A stretch of 64,000 nt of DNA from an uncultured Rivularia sp. (GCA_963665115.1 OY762007.1:4032001-4096000); one strand, 5' to 3'; positions 11,991 through 23,520 are shown, counted from the stretch's first letter. Made by a program: numbers and translations. The notes: generated by a model not told the origin, from the letters alone.

Positions 11991-12478
11991 GCTGGACAAC
12001 TGCCTGCCCGGAATAAGATAAAGCAGGTTTTATATTCCACAAAACCATTATTGTCATTAAAGCCCAAAGCGGTAAATACTTGTTTGTAGAACTTACATAC
12101 TCGTAACAAAATTTGACATAAATCTATTAGAACTTGTACAAATATGAATCTGGAACAGTTTTTGCAAAAGTATTCTCTATGAAGCTGCTTGTGATTCATT
12201 TTTAGCAGTCATTCCGCTGTGATGCCTTACCCATTTGAGATTAAATAAATCGAGCGTTGCCCAACTAGTCATGGAGATAAATAAAAATTTTGCGTATTAC
12301 AGAAAAGTATTTCACAAATTGCCCAAATAATTAACAACTTTGCGATAAATATTTAAGTTGCTTAACAATACTAAAGATTTCTGAATGCTCTTAATAAAAT
12401 ATTTGTTTGAAGAAATTTATAGCTAAGTAAATAATTTAGAATGTTTTTCTTAATCAGACATTTTAAATAAAAGGGTGT

Positions 12479-12732
12479 ATGAAAATTGACCACGACCGTT
12501 TGTTTAAAGAATTAATTTCAACATTTTTTATTGAATTTTTAGAATTATTCTTACCGTGAGTTGCGAGAGATATTGATAGAGATTCGATTCAATTTTTACC
12601 GCAGGAAGTTTTTACCGATGTGACTTCCTGGGATGAAAAAGAAGGATGATGGTGGAAGTTACGGTACAACTGACTGGGTTAACTTTGGAGCGAGTGCTTA
12701 CGTTGCAAGCGCAGTTACAAAAGGAAAGTTAG
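12479..12732 (+). pseudogene. Internally deleted Rpn/DUF4351-type recombination-promoting nuclease remnant
   Basis: MKIDHDRLFKELISTFFIEFLELFLP*...FLPQEVFTDVTS joined to the C-terminal ...VQLTGLTLERVLTLQ; in-frame TGA. Confidence 0.75.
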
Positions 12733-12822
12733 AGAATTTCATCTGAAGGATATAAATAAAGTTAAGGGTTAAGGATAATAATTCTTAACTATTAACTCCT
12801 AACTCCCAACTCCTAACTAAAA

Positions 12823-15800
12823 TTAACGATTTGCTGGAACCCTACCATTTTCTTCCAAAGCTTCAACTCTTTCATCTTCCCTTTTAGAAGGCATTAATTG
12901 CTCTCGCAAAGACACAATGACAATATATAAAATGGGTACTACAAACAAACTTAAGAACGTAGCAACAAACATTCCTCCAAACACGGCAGTACCTAAAGAT
13001 TGACGACTACCAGCACCAGCACCCTTTGCAATTAATAAAGGAAAAATCCCCAGCAAAGTTGATAAAGCAGTCATCAAAATTGGTCGTAAACGTTCTTGCG
13101 CTGCTCTGACTGCTGCCTTACTAATGGCAAGTCCTTCTTCTCTTAATTGATTGGCAAATTCCACAATCAAGATGGCATTTTTAGAAGCCAAACCAATCAA
13201 CATTACTAAACCAACTTGACAAAAAACATCATTTTCTAAACCTCTAAAATATTGAGCCGATAGCGCTCCCAGAATAGCTAAGGGAACTGAAAGCATAATA
13301 ATTAAAGGGTCAATATAGTTTTCGTATTGTGCTGCTAATACTAAAAATACAAAAACAAGTCCCAAACCAAAGATTAAGGGTGCTTGTCCCCCGGATTCCT
13401 TTTCTTCTGCTGAAATCCCAGCCCATTCGTAACCAAAAGTTCTCGGTAAAACTTGTGCAGCAACTTCCTCCATTGCGTCTAAAGCTTGTCCGGAACTGTA
13501 ACCGGGTGCTGTTTGACCATTGATTTCAATGGAACGATAGAGGTTGTAATGGTTAATAGTTTGCGCTCCGGTAGTTGAAGTAACTGTTACTAAGTTACTC
13601 ATGGGAATCATTTGATTATTTTGGGAGCGAACATATAATTTATCAATATCTTCTGGATTGGAACGATATTGAGCATCTGCTTGTACGTAAACTCGATAAG
13701 TTCGCTGTTCCAAATTGAAATCGTTAACGTACCTCGAACCGATATAAGTTTGCAAAGTACTAAAAATATCGTCAATATCTACTTGTAATGCTTTGGCTCG
13801 ATTGCGGTTGACTTCAATCAGCAATTGCGGCATATTAGCCGAAAAAGTGCTGAAAGCAGCTTGTATTTCTTCTCTTTGACTAGCTGCTCCAATTAATTCT
13901 CCCATTTCTTCAAGCATTCTAGCTAAGCTACTATTACCTCTTCTATCCTGCAACTGAAATTGAAAGCCGCTAAAACTACCTAATCCTTGAATAGATGGAG
14001 GATTAACTGCAAAAACTCTTGCATCGGTAATACTCCCAAACTTTTGCATTAATCTACCAATAATTTCCGGAGATGACTGTCCTTTTGCCGTCCTCTCTCC
14101 CCAAGGTTTCAAAGTTGTAAAAATTACGCCGCTATTAGCAGTGCTACCGCTAAAACCAAAACCACCGATCGCAAAAGTTCCTACTACTTCCGGTAATTCT
14201 AAGATTTGCTGTTCTACCTGTTGCATCACCTTACTGGTGTAGTTCAGCGAAACTCCTTCTGGTCCTTGAATAATCGTAATAAAATAACCTTGGTCTTCTT
14301 CCGGTAAAAAAGCTTGAGGAACTATAGTATAAAGCCAACCTGTTGTTACTAGTAATGCCGCAAATACTACTAATACTAAAAATTTAAAATGCGTCAAACG
14401 TTCCAATAGAAATGAATATCCATCCCGCAACGAATCTAGAAACCAGTTGATAGCATCAAAAATTTTATTCAGAAAACCACCACTACTCGTTTTTCTTCTG
14501 AATAATAATCCCGATAAAGCAGGAGTCAAAGTTAAGGCTAAGAAAGTGGAAATTACTACAGCAAAGGCAATTGTCAGCGCAAATTGTCGGTAAATTTTAC
14601 CTGTAGAACCGGGAAAGAATGCTACCGGAATAAATACTGCCATCAAGACTAGAGAGGTCGCAATTACGGCTCCAGTCAATTCACGCATCGCAGCAGAAGC
14701 AGCTTCTTTTGGCGACATTTCCTTTTTATTAATCAGACGAGAAATATCTTCAACTACTACAATTGCGTCATCGACAACCATCCCCGTTGCTAAGGTTAAA
14801 CCGAATAAAGTTAAGGTATTAATCGAAAATCCAAAAAGTTTAACAAAGCCAAAAGTACCAATTAACGCTAAAGGTATTGTGACAACTGGAACTATTGTTG
14901 TTCGCCAATCTTGTAAGAAAATAAAGATTACTAAAACAACCAAACCAATAGCTAACAAAAGCGTTTTGATAACTTCCGAAAGCGATTCTTCCACAAAAGC
15001 AGTAGTGTCAAACGCAACTTGATACTGCATTCCCGGTGGAAAATCTTTAGCTAAATTTGCCATTTCCGCTTTTACAGCAGCAGCAACTTCTAAAGCATTA
15101 CTTCCAGGAGTGGGGAATATTCCCACACCTACCCCTTCATTACCCTTAAATCTTAAAAATGAATTATAATTTTCCGCTCCTAACTCCGCTCTTCCCACAT
15201 CTTTCAACTTAACTAGAACGCCATTCTCCCCAGTGGTGACGATAATATCCTCAAACTCCGAAGCTTTTTGCAGTCTACTAACAGCGCGTAAGTCGATTTG
15301 ATACATTTGGTCTGGCGGTGTCGGCTGCTGTCCGAGTTGTCCCGCACCTACCTGCACGTTTTGTTCGTTAAGAGCATTAATTACATCTTGAGCCGTTAAA
15401 TTGCGACTTGCTAGACGATTGGGATCGAGCCACAAACGCATAGCATAACGACGTTCCCCAAAGATTTGCGCTCGACTCACACCATTGATTTTCTGTAAAT
15501 TATCTCTTATATAAAGGTCAGCATAATTACTTAAAAAGACGTTGTTAAACTCTTGGTTTTGACTATAAAGACCCATTGCCAAGAGAATGTTACTTGATTC
15601 CTTACTAACAACAACTCCCGTGCGCTGTACAGCTTCCGGTAACTGAGGTTCGGCTAGAGAAACCCGATTTTGTACGTCAACTGCTGCAATATCTTTATTA
15701 CGGGATGAATCAAACGTAACTGTAATTTGACTGGTACCGCTGTTACTGCTGCTCGAAGACATATATTTCAAGCCTTCCACACCATTTAACTGCTGCTCTA

Positions 15801-15996
15801 AAACGGTAGTTACGGTTTTCTCAACAACTTCAGCATTAGCACCAACATAGTTCGCAGTTACATTAATTTGAGTCGGGCTAATCTCCGGATACCTTGCTGT
15901 AGGTAGCGTAGGAATACTGATTGCTCCCACCAACAGAACAATAATCGCGCAAACACTTGTAAAAACAGGTCGCTTAATAAAAAAGTCAGCAAACAT
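12823..15996 (-). CDS. RND efflux permease, HAE1 (AcrB-like)
   Basis: FFIKRPVF start, GMVVDDAIVVVE, GLASKNAILIVEFA, RLRPILMT. Confidence 0.97.
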   Translation of the reverse strand: MFADFFIKRPVFTSVCAIIVLLVGAISIPTLPTARYPEISPTQINVTANYVGANAEVVEKTVTTVLEQQLNGVEGLKYMSSSSSNSGTSQITVTFDSSRNKDIAAVDVQNRVSLAEPQLPEAVQRTGVVVSKESSNILLAMGLYSQNQEFNNVFLSNYADLYIRDNLQKINGVSRAQIFGERRYAMRLWLDPNRLASRNLTAQDVINALNEQNVQVGAGQLGQQPTPPDQMYQIDLRAVSRLQKASEFEDIIVTTGENGVLVKLKDVGRAELGAENYNSFLRFKGNEGVGVGIFPTPGSNALEVAAAVKAEMANLAKDFPPGMQYQVAFDTTAFVEESLSEVIKTLLLAIGLVVLVIFIFLQDWRTTIVPVVTIPLALIGTFGFVKLFGFSINTLTLFGLTLATGMVVDDAIVVVEDISRLINKKEMSPKEAASAAMRELTGAVIATSLVLMAVFIPVAFFPGSTGKIYRQFALTIAFAVVISTFLALTLTPALSGLLFRRKTSSGGFLNKIFDAINWFLDSLRDGYSFLLERLTHFKFLVLVVFAALLVTTGWLYTIVPQAFLPEEDQGYFITIIQGPEGVSLNYTSKVMQQVEQQILELPEVVGTFAIGGFGFSGSTANSGVIFTTLKPWGERTAKGQSSPEIIGRLMQKFGSITDARVFAVNPPSIQGLGSFSGFQFQLQDRRGNSSLARMLEEMGELIGAASQREEIQAAFSTFSANMPQLLIEVNRNRAKALQVDIDDIFSTLQTYIGSRYVNDFNLEQRTYRVYVQADAQYRSNPEDIDKLYVRSQNNQMIPMSNLVTVTSTTGAQTINHYNLYRSIEINGQTAPGYSSGQALDAMEEVAAQVLPRTFGYEWAGISAEEKESGGQAPLIFGLGLVFVFLVLAAQYENYIDPLIIMLSVPLAILGALSAQYFRGLENDVFCQVGLVMLIGLASKNAILIVEFANQLREEGLAISKAAVRAAQERLRPILMTALSTLLGIFPLLIAKGAGAGSRQSLGTAVFGGMFVATFLSLFVVPILYIVIVSLREQLMPSKREDERVEALEENGRVPANR

Positions 15997-16177
15997 AAAA
16001 ATTGTTAGTTGATAGTTGATATTTGATAGTTGTTAGTTGATAGCTGTTAGAAGAGTGGGGTTAAAAGTTATGAAGACGGTTTTTCGTTATTTACCTTTAA
16101 TATGCAGATTCTTGACCTTAGTTACTTGTAAATTCCCATTTTTAATTTCTACTAACCACTAACCACTAACAACTAAC

Positions 16178-17534
16178 TCACTTAGATTCCGGCGCTATTG
16201 GCGCTCCATCTCTTAAATTAAGAATGCCGGAAACTATAATTTTTTCTCCTTGTCTTAATCCTTCTAAAACTTGATAGTTATTGCCGCGAATGTTGCCTAA
16301 TTTTACGCGCTTTTGTTTAGCTATAAATTCTGGATTTGCTTGTGAATCATCTGGTTTTTTGGCAACATATACAAAAGTTTCTCCAGCTAAACGTACTATT
16401 GATGTTGCTGGAATTAAGACACCAGGACGACGCTGCCAAATAACTCTGGCGCGAACGTATTCGTCTGCTCTTAGTTGATTATTAGAGTTTTGAAAAAGTG
16501 CTTTAATTAATATTGATTGAGTATTTTGATTGACATTGGGAGAGATAAAAAATACCTGACTCCTGCCCAAAATTTTTCCTTGATTGTCAACTAACTCTAC
16601 GGGCATTCCTTTACGTAATTCTGCTGCACGCTCTTGAGGTATTGAAATTTCAACTTGTAAGGGATTATTTTGGGTAATACTAGTTAGTTGCGAAGAAGTA
16701 TTCACAACATCGCCTTGCTTAACTAGCAAATCGCCAACTTTACCTGCAATCGGAGCGGAAACAGTATAGTACTGAAGTTGGACTTGTTGTTGTTTGGTAT
16801 TTGCTTGAGCTTGTTCTAATGATTTTTCGGCTTGATTAATTGAAGCTTGTTGCGCTTGTATTTGAGCATCAATTGCATTCAACTTAGCCTTTGCTATCGC
16901 AAGTCTATTCACATATTGCTGCCTGGTTTGTTGCGATACCGCTCCTTGGGCTGCCAAACTTGTATATCTTTCGTATTCCTGCTGATTCAAATTTACATCG
17001 GCAACATTAGATAATCTCTCAGCTTGCAAAGACTTCAAGGTGGCGATCGCATTTTGTAATTGAGAACGAGCCGCTTGTGCTGCTGCATCAACACTGTTAA
17101 CTGCTGCTTGTTGTTGCCTCGAATCAATCTGCATTACTGGCTTGCCCGTTTGCACCTCATCTCCTGAATTTACGAAAATCTTCGTAATTCTTCCTTGTAT
17201 TTGAGGTTGAAGAGTTACCGATTGCCGCGATTCTAATCGAGCAATATATTCATCTCTATTTTCAATTATCCCAGATTCTACTGTGGCTAATTTGACTGGG
17301 ACTTTTTGGGATTGAGGATTTTGTCCGGCAGGTTTTTGCTCTCCTCCAGACATCATACGAACTGCTAAAATGCCACCGCCGCCTAACAGTAGTGCAGCAA
17401 GCAATAACCAAAACCACCATCGTTTTTTACGAGGTGGCTCGGGAATTTTTTCTGGTTCGTTCTCGTCATCTACAATTACAGGTTTCTGGTGGTAGAGATT
17501 CTGGTGGTAGAGATTTTGGTGGTAGAGATGTCAT
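16178..17534 (-). CDS. RND efflux periplasmic adaptor, apparent +1 frameshift near 17483-17485
   Basis: Lipoyl/hairpin MFP motifs; ATG 17534 gives MTSLPPKSLPPESLPPE, and removing one A continues PVIVDDENEPEKIPEPPRKKRWWFWLLLAA; span 3n+1. Confidence 0.88.
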
Positions 17535-17597
17535 GATTAACTACGGAATTATACAAAGAAAACAATCCGTAAATAAAGCTTTAATCATCCGGCTTCT

Positions 17598-17727
17598 AGT
17601 ACTTCACCACATTGATTTTGCGGGGTAATCAAAATGTAGTGGGAGCGTCTCGCTCCCTCGTGACAACCAGCGAGCTTTCCGGCTCGCACTCCCAACACCC
17701 CGCTGAATTATCGTGGTTGGGTACTAG
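17598..17727. mobile_element. ~130 bp MITE-like repeat with GGGAGCGTCTCGCTCCC hairpin
   Basis: Near-identical inverted copy at 58061-58193; partial copies in 21230-21505; imperfect terminal inverted repeats. Confidence 0.75.
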
Positions 17728-18222
17728 TCACATTATTTACTAGTACTTTGGAACGAAAAAAATATTTACTACTTCACAGATTGTTTTTACGTTCCCTAAA
17801 GAGTCAATTTACTAAATTCTTGGTTCAACTGATGTTAATAGGATAGATCGCATACATCGCAACTCGGTTCAGCATTTACTCGTATTTTAATCTAGTTCAA
17901 TCTAAAATACACCCCGATCGATAAATGCTTATTCTACCGTTATATAAATAGTATTAACAACTTACAATACAGTTTTATGAGTGTCTTTTCAATTTTAGAG
18001 ACAAACTTTGTATCTTAGTTAAATCTTAAATAATACTGGCATAGAAAATAGTGATGTATCAAATAGCCTTATGGAAGTTGTATAAATAGCAAGACTATGG
18101 TATGTAAGTTGCGTTTGTTGGATAAAAAAATGGTGCGTAATAAATATTGACGCACCATAAGGGTTTATTAAATCGAACTACTGGTAATAAAGCCAGTTTC
18201 TGACAAAGATTTTGGATTTAAA

Positions 18223-18939
18223 TCAACCCAAATCAAAGAGTAAAATTTCTCCTCCTACATTGGTAGTCATTTCCAATTCTGTTTCACCATCGATTTCTAC
18301 TCCATCACCTGCTCTTAATTCTTCACCGTTTAGATTTACAACACCTTTAGCGATATGCAGCCAAGTATAACGATTAGGTTGAGCGTGATAATTAATCTTG
18401 TCTTCAGGCTGCAAAATCGAAGTATATAAATCTACGTCTTGATATACTTTTACAGCACCATCTCTAGCATCATGTGCGGCAATTAAACGTAATTGTCCCG
18501 TTCTTTCTTCAGTGGAAAAAGCTTTTTGTTCGTATCTAGGCTTGAGATTTTTCTTGTCTGGAAGAATCCAAATTTGTAGAAAGTGAACGGGTTCAGATTT
18601 GGAATGATTAAATTCGCTGTGCATAATTCCAGTACCAGCACTCATAATTTGTGCTTCACCAGGACGAATTACCGAACCAGTTCCCAAACTATCCTTATGT
18701 TCTAACGCTCCTTCTAAAACGTAAGTGAGGATTTCCATATCTCGATGACCGTGAGTAGGAAAACCAGCCCCACCAATAACTCTGTCATCGTTTATTACTC
18801 GTAAAGAACGAAATCCCAAACGGTTGGGGTCGTAAAAACCACCGAAAGAAAAACTATGAGAACTATCGAGCCAACCTATCTTAGTGCGGCCGCGAGAATT
18901 TCTGTCATGAATAAGATGGGTTTTAGTAGCTTGAGTCAT
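18223..18939 (-). CDS. Pirin family protein (YhhW-like)
   Basis: GFPTHGHRDMEILTYV, H.DS.G, MSAGTGI.HSE.N, FLQIWI. Confidence 0.95.
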   Translation of the reverse strand: MTQATKTHLIHDRNSRGRTKIGWLDSSHSFSFGGFYDPNRLGFRSLRVINDDRVIGGAGFPTHGHRDMEILTYVLEGALEHKDSLGTGSVIRPGEAQIMSAGTGIMHSEFNHSKSEPVHFLQIWILPDKKNLKPRYEQKAFSTEERTGQLRLIAAHDARDGAVKVYQDVDLYTSILQPEDKINYHAQPNRYTWLHIAKGVVNLNGEELRAGDGVEIDGETELEMTTNVGGEILLFDLG

Positions 18940-19284
18940 TGATGTACCTCAATTAAATTTTATATTTTTGATTTTTGATTACAAACTGGGAGTTAGGAAT
19001 TAAGAGTTAAAACTCAAAACTTTTTTTCCTTTTCCCTACTTCCTTTTAGAGATTGTTGAATTTAAGTTTATCTTTTAAGTTGCTACTACTTAATGTTAAT
19101 GTATGAATCCATAAAATGAAAAGTAGGTACTTGAAAGTGGGGTACTTACCAAAAAGTTCCTGTGGCAATCAGATGAAAATTTTCAGATATTAAAAAACCC
19201 AGTTTTTTGCAAAACCGGGTCGATCGTTATATAAAAAATGATTTCAGGACACTATAAAAAACAAAAATCAGCAATTAACAAAAT

Positions 19285-19839
19285 TTAGTTAACACTGGCT
19301 TTTTGTTTGGTCATACCATCTGCTTTGACTTCAGAAACTTGGATATGAGCTTCTAGGAACCAGAGTCGCTTGTCAATGGTACGAGAAATTTCAACGTAAA
19401 GGTCGTTTGTGTCTTGATCGTTGAGTTCGTCAGTTTTGTCAATAGCTTCTCTTAAATGCTTGCCATATGCTGCAAAACGCTCAACTAAAGCAGTTACGTG
19501 TTCCATTCCGCTCAAAATATCGGTGGGATATTCAGGCAATATGGAATCAGCAGCAGCCATACGAACAGTACCGCAAGCATAGCCAGCCAAAGCGGTAACT
19601 CTTTCGGCTACCATATCGATGTATTCTTCAATCTCGGCTGCGATTTCGTCAAACATCTCATGAAGCTGGTAGAAGTCAGTTCCTTTAACGTTCCAGTGCG
19701 CTTGCTTCACTTGGCTTTTCAAATCTGCTGTTGCAGCCAAGCTTTGGTTGAGAAGCGTAACAACCTGGCTTCTTACGTTAACAGGAATATCAATATGAGA
19801 CGGATAAAGACGTGAAGCGAGTTTTCCGTTGTCGCTCAT
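19285..19839 (-). CDS. dps: Dps ferritin-like DNA protection protein
   Basis: KQAHWNVKG..F..LH.MFD, D.VAER ferroxidase motifs. Confidence 0.95.
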   Translation of the reverse strand: MSDNGKLASRLYPSHIDIPVNVRSQVVTLLNQSLAATADLKSQVKQAHWNVKGTDFYQLHEMFDEIAAEIEEYIDMVAERVTALAGYACGTVRMAAADSILPEYPTDILSGMEHVTALVERFAAYGKHLREAIDKTDELNDQDTNDLYVEISRTIDKRLWFLEAHIQVSEVKADGMTKQKASVN

Positions 19840-20064
19840 GATAATGCATCTCTCTTAGGAACGGTATGTTTTTAGTTTACAATTCTACATTTATGTTTAA
19901 AACTTTCTATCGACTTAGTTATTTAACACACAAAACTCTCTATCGATAGAGGGAACGGAATTTTATAAAGGTTATATCCACCAATATGTTGTTGCAGAGC
20001 GCGTCCTAAAATAGAAACAGGATTTAATATTTATTTACGTATTACAAATTATCAATTCGATTTT

Positions 20065-20469
20065 ATGACCTACCAAGTTATCTACGATGGCAACTGCAAC
20101 CTTTGCGTTACTTTAGTACAAATTTTAGAAAATTTAGATAAAGGTCAAATATTTAGCTACATCCCCATGCAGGATGAGCAAACACTGCAAAAGTGGAACG
20201 TTACATCCACTGACTGCGAATTGGGAATGATTTTAATTGATGCAGATGCTCCTCAAAGACGCTGGCAAGGTAGTGCGGCAGCAGAAGAAATAGGACGATT
20301 ATTACCTGCGGGAAAAGTATTTGTTGATGCCTATCGGGCTCTGCCGGGACTAAAATGGGCTGGTGATAGATTTTATGAACAAATTCGCGATAACCGCTAC
20401 ACAATTTTTGGCAAGCGCGACGGTACATATCAATCCTCTTACTGTAGCGATGGCAATTGCCGCTACTAA
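20065..20469 (+). CDS. DCC family thiol-disulfide oxidoreductase
   Basis: YDG.C.LC motif; Y..I..NRY..FG. Confidence 0.9.
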   Translation: MTYQVIYDGNCNLCVTLVQILENLDKGQIFSYIPMQDEQTLQKWNVTSTDCELGMILIDADAPQRRWQGSAAAEEIGRLLPAGKVFVDAYRALPGLKWAGDRFYEQIRDNRYTIFGKRDGTYQSSYCSDGNCRY

Positions 20470-20571
20470 TATGGTTCGTTTTTTCCGCAATTGTCGGGAG
20501 ACGTAGCAATGCTACGTCTCTACAACTCTTCGGTGTAGAAAAACCGTGTTTCCTTAAGAATTCACTTTGTA

Positions 20572-21012
20572 TTAATTATTTTTATTTTCCGAATTGCTGT
20601 TAAACACTTCTAAAATTTGGCGACAAAAATCTTTTAATTTGTCCCTCTTTTCTTCAGAAGGCTTGAGGTTGCCTACAAAATTCCAATTTTCCACCGTAGA
20701 AACCTTCCACTGTTCCCCACGATGATCGAATCCAGCGACTTCCACACCAATTGCACGACGCAACCCATTAACAGGATCTTGATAAAAACGAATTTGAGTC
20801 AAGATACTGCGACTTTGCCAAGATTTACTGACACCAGGAAAGTGGAACCCAATATCAATAGAATCTGGATCTACTAATTCCATTGTTTGTTCATCACTTC
20901 TCCAAGGCTTTAAGTCTGACTTTGCGTCGGGAAACTCAAGCTTAAACAAATTAACTACCGCAGCAATTTTACTAGCAAATTCAAGATTCGTTGCCATTTC
21001 AGATGCGTTCAC
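20572..21012 (-). CDS. Conserved cyanobacterial hypothetical protein
   Basis: Intact ORF with GGGAG RBS; DPDSIDIGFHFPG motif. Confidence 0.75.
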   Translation of the reverse strand: MNASEMATNLEFASKIAAVVNLFKLEFPDAKSDLKPWRSDEQTMELVDPDSIDIGFHFPGVSKSWQSRSILTQIRFYQDPVNGLRRAIGVEVAGFDHRGEQWKVSTVENWNFVGNLKPSEEKRDKLKDFCRQILEVFNSNSENKNN

Positions 21013-21162
21013 GAAAATACTCCCCTTTCTTATCTAGAGGCTAATGTCAAGAAGGTTACGATTGCTTCTAAACGCCAAAAGGCTGACGTTATTAGTGTTT
21101 CAGCTTATCAAGCCTTTTTTGATTAAAGCAACGATAAATCAAACTTTTTTATTAAAATATCG

Positions 21163-21228
21163 GGAGTTAGGAGTTGGAAGTTGGAAGTTGGAAGTTAGGA
21201 GTTGGAAGTTAGGAGTTAAGAGTTAGAA
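21163..21228 (+). repeat. STRR heptamer tract (GGAGTTA/GGAAGTT)
   Basis: Tandem 7-nt units. Confidence 0.9.
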
Positions 21229-21229
21229 G

Positions 21230-21505
21230 TAGTACTACTCCGCCATTAAATATGATGGCTTTGTTTATTTACTAGCGAGCGAGACGCATGTCCTGACGGA
21301 CACACTATGCCCTTCGGGCACGCTTCGCTAACTACTATTTCGGCAGGTAGAACTTTGATTACCCCGCAAAATTATTCGTAGTGGGAGCGTCTCGCTCCCT
21401 GGAGATAACGAGCAATGAAATAACTATTCGGGCAGGTAGAACCTTGATTACCCTGCAAAATTATTCGTAGTGGGAGCGTCTCGCTCCCTGGAAATAACGA
21501 GCAAC
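21230..21505. repeat. Composite repeat: two ~88 bp direct repeats with GGGAGCGTCTCGCTCCC hairpins plus nested small repeats
   Basis: actatt(t)cgg(g)caggtagaac...gattaccc.gcaaaattattcgtagtgggagcgtctcgctccctgga occurs twice (~21334, ~21423). Confidence 0.8.
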
Positions 21506-21679
21506 GGAATCGATAATAAAGTAATTGTACTTAGAAAATTTCAATAAATAAAATCTTTCTTCTTATCAAAAAGCAGGTAACAGCACAAAAATTTATCAAA
21601 ATCTATTGGCAATCGGTAACGATTAACTACCTCAACAAGCTAGAATTACTGTGTTAATTGCCAGATAAATAAGTTCGAT

Positions 21680-22144
21680 ATGTCGCGTCTACGCCCCGTT
21701 TTTTCGTTAATACTAGTATCTTTAGCAACATTACTTATCAGTTGTGGCGGCCCTAATGTCGCTGTAGCACCTCCAAGCTATACTCAATCGCAAATAGAGA
21801 AAATTCAGGAATACGTACCTGACATCGTAGCCGTACAAGAACGTGGTTCTGAATTGCAAAAGTTTATTCAAAATAAAGATTGGGTGGATGTTGACACTTT
21901 TATACATGGCCCGATGGCAGAAGCAAGGTTGAATATGAACTATGTTGTTTCTAATCTTTTGCCGGAACAACAAAAACAAGCACGCACAATTGTACGAGAT
22001 ATGTTCAATAATCTCGTAAAAATTGACCAAGCGACTGGTGAAGCCAATGCCCAAAAAGCTCTGAGTGCTTATGATGCGGCTTTCGCTGATATTAACCAGT
22101 TTTTGGATTTAATCCCAGCAAAGACTGTATCTGATGAAGCGTAA
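21680..22144 (+). CDS. psbQ: Photosystem II lipoprotein CyanoQ
   Basis: Lipobox LLISC, PPSYT..QIE.IQ, WVDV..FIHGPM. Confidence 0.88.
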   Translation: MSRLRPVFSLILVSLATLLISCGGPNVAVAPPSYTQSQIEKIQEYVPDIVAVQERGSELQKFIQNKDWVDVDTFIHGPMAEARLNMNYVVSNLLPEQQKQARTIVRDMFNNLVKIDQATGEANAQKALSAYDAAFADINQFLDLIPAKTVSDEA

Positions 22145-22248
22145 AAGCTTTTGCAGTCATTGGTAAACAATTTAGTTGAGATTTAGCGGTTAAAATCTGA
22201 CGTTGTATGAAAAGGAGACGTTGCATTGCAACGTCTCTACATTAATTT

Positions 22249-23451
22249 ATGAATCATATAGTTATTATCGGTTGCGGTATTATTGGAGCAACTTTAGCCT
22301 ACGAACTGAGTTTAATTGAAGGATTAAAAATTACGGTTGTTGACAAGCAACCCCCAGCACAAGCCGCTACAGGTGCTGCTTTAGGCGTTTTGATGGGCAT
22401 TATCAGCCACAAAGTTAAAGGTAAAGCTTGGCGGATGCGGCAAACAAGCATCCAGCGTTATGAAACTTTGATTCCAGAATTAGAAGCGATAACAAATAAA
22501 AAAATCCCCTTCAATCGTCAAGGAATTTTAATGTTGTTACCATCACCTCAAGTAACAACTGACGATTTAGCCTTTTGGGAAAAACTTAAACAAACTCGTC
22601 AAAATCAAGGTTGGCAATTAGAAATTTTAGATAATGCTCAACTTGGAAAGATATGTCCCCAGGTAGATGTTAAATCGCAAGAATATATCGGAGCAATTCA
22701 TTCTCCCCAAGACAGACAACTCGATCCAACAGCATTTACATTAGCCTTAGTAGAAGCAGCAAAACACAATGGTGTTAATTTCAAATTTGGTGTAAGTGCA
22801 TTGGGGATGAAGTCAAAAAACCTAACCCCCCAGCCCCCTTCCCTGCGAGGGAATGGGGAGACATCAAAGCCTTTCTCCTCGCAGGAGATAGGTTTGGAGA
22901 GAGGTTCTTCAGCTACCGAATTAGAAACAACAGATGGTGCGATCGCAGCAGATAAATTTATCATTTCTGCGGGTTTGGGTTCCTCTCTTCTCACTGAACA
23001 ATTAAATCAAAAAGTTGATATTCGCCCGGTATTAGGACAAGCAATTCATTTCCGTTTGGGACATCCTTTAGCTAATTCCGAATTTCAACCAGCCATCACC
23101 TGTAACGATACCTATATAGTTCCTTGTGGCGCGGGTGTTTATCCAGCAACCGATTACTGGGTTGGTGCAACGGTGGAATTTTCTGAAGATGGTGGTGAAG
23201 TATCTGCCGACAAAGAACTTTTGGATGCTACTTTGAAAACTGCGATCGCAACTTGTCCGGAGTTAGCGAAAGCCGAAATCATCCGCACCTGGTCGGGTTT
23301 GCGTCCTCGTCCGGAAGGTCGTCCGGCTCCTGTTATCGAGAAATTGCCGGGATATGACAACGTGATATTGGCTAGCGCTCATTATCGGAATGGGGTTTTG
23401 TTGGCTCCCGCTACTGCTGAGATGGTGAAGGAGATGATTTTGGAAGGTTAG
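22249..23451 (+). CDS. FAD-dependent oxidoreductase (DAO/ThiO-like)
   Basis: IVIIGCGIIG Rossmann motif, WSGLRP, HYRNGVLLAP. Confidence 0.9.
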   Translation: MNHIVIIGCGIIGATLAYELSLIEGLKITVVDKQPPAQAATGAALGVLMGIISHKVKGKAWRMRQTSIQRYETLIPELEAITNKKIPFNRQGILMLLPSPQVTTDDLAFWEKLKQTRQNQGWQLEILDNAQLGKICPQVDVKSQEYIGAIHSPQDRQLDPTAFTLALVEAAKHNGVNFKFGVSALGMKSKNLTPQPPSLRGNGETSKPFSSQEIGLERGSSATELETTDGAIAADKFIISAGLGSSLLTEQLNQKVDIRPVLGQAIHFRLGHPLANSEFQPAITCNDTYIVPCGAGVYPATDYWVGATVEFSEDGGEVSADKELLDATLKTAIATCPELAKAEIIRTWSGLRPRPEGRPAPVIEKLPGYDNVILASAHYRNGVLLAPATAEMVKEMILEG

Positions 23452-23520
23452 AGGTTAGTTATTGCTGTTCGATTTCGGTTATGACAAAATATTGGCTAAA
23501 AATCAAAATCGTATATAGAT

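Noticed and set aside
21334..21505. Direct repeats resembling a CRISPR array
   Set aside because: Only two ~88 bp contiguous units, no unique spacers and no cas genes
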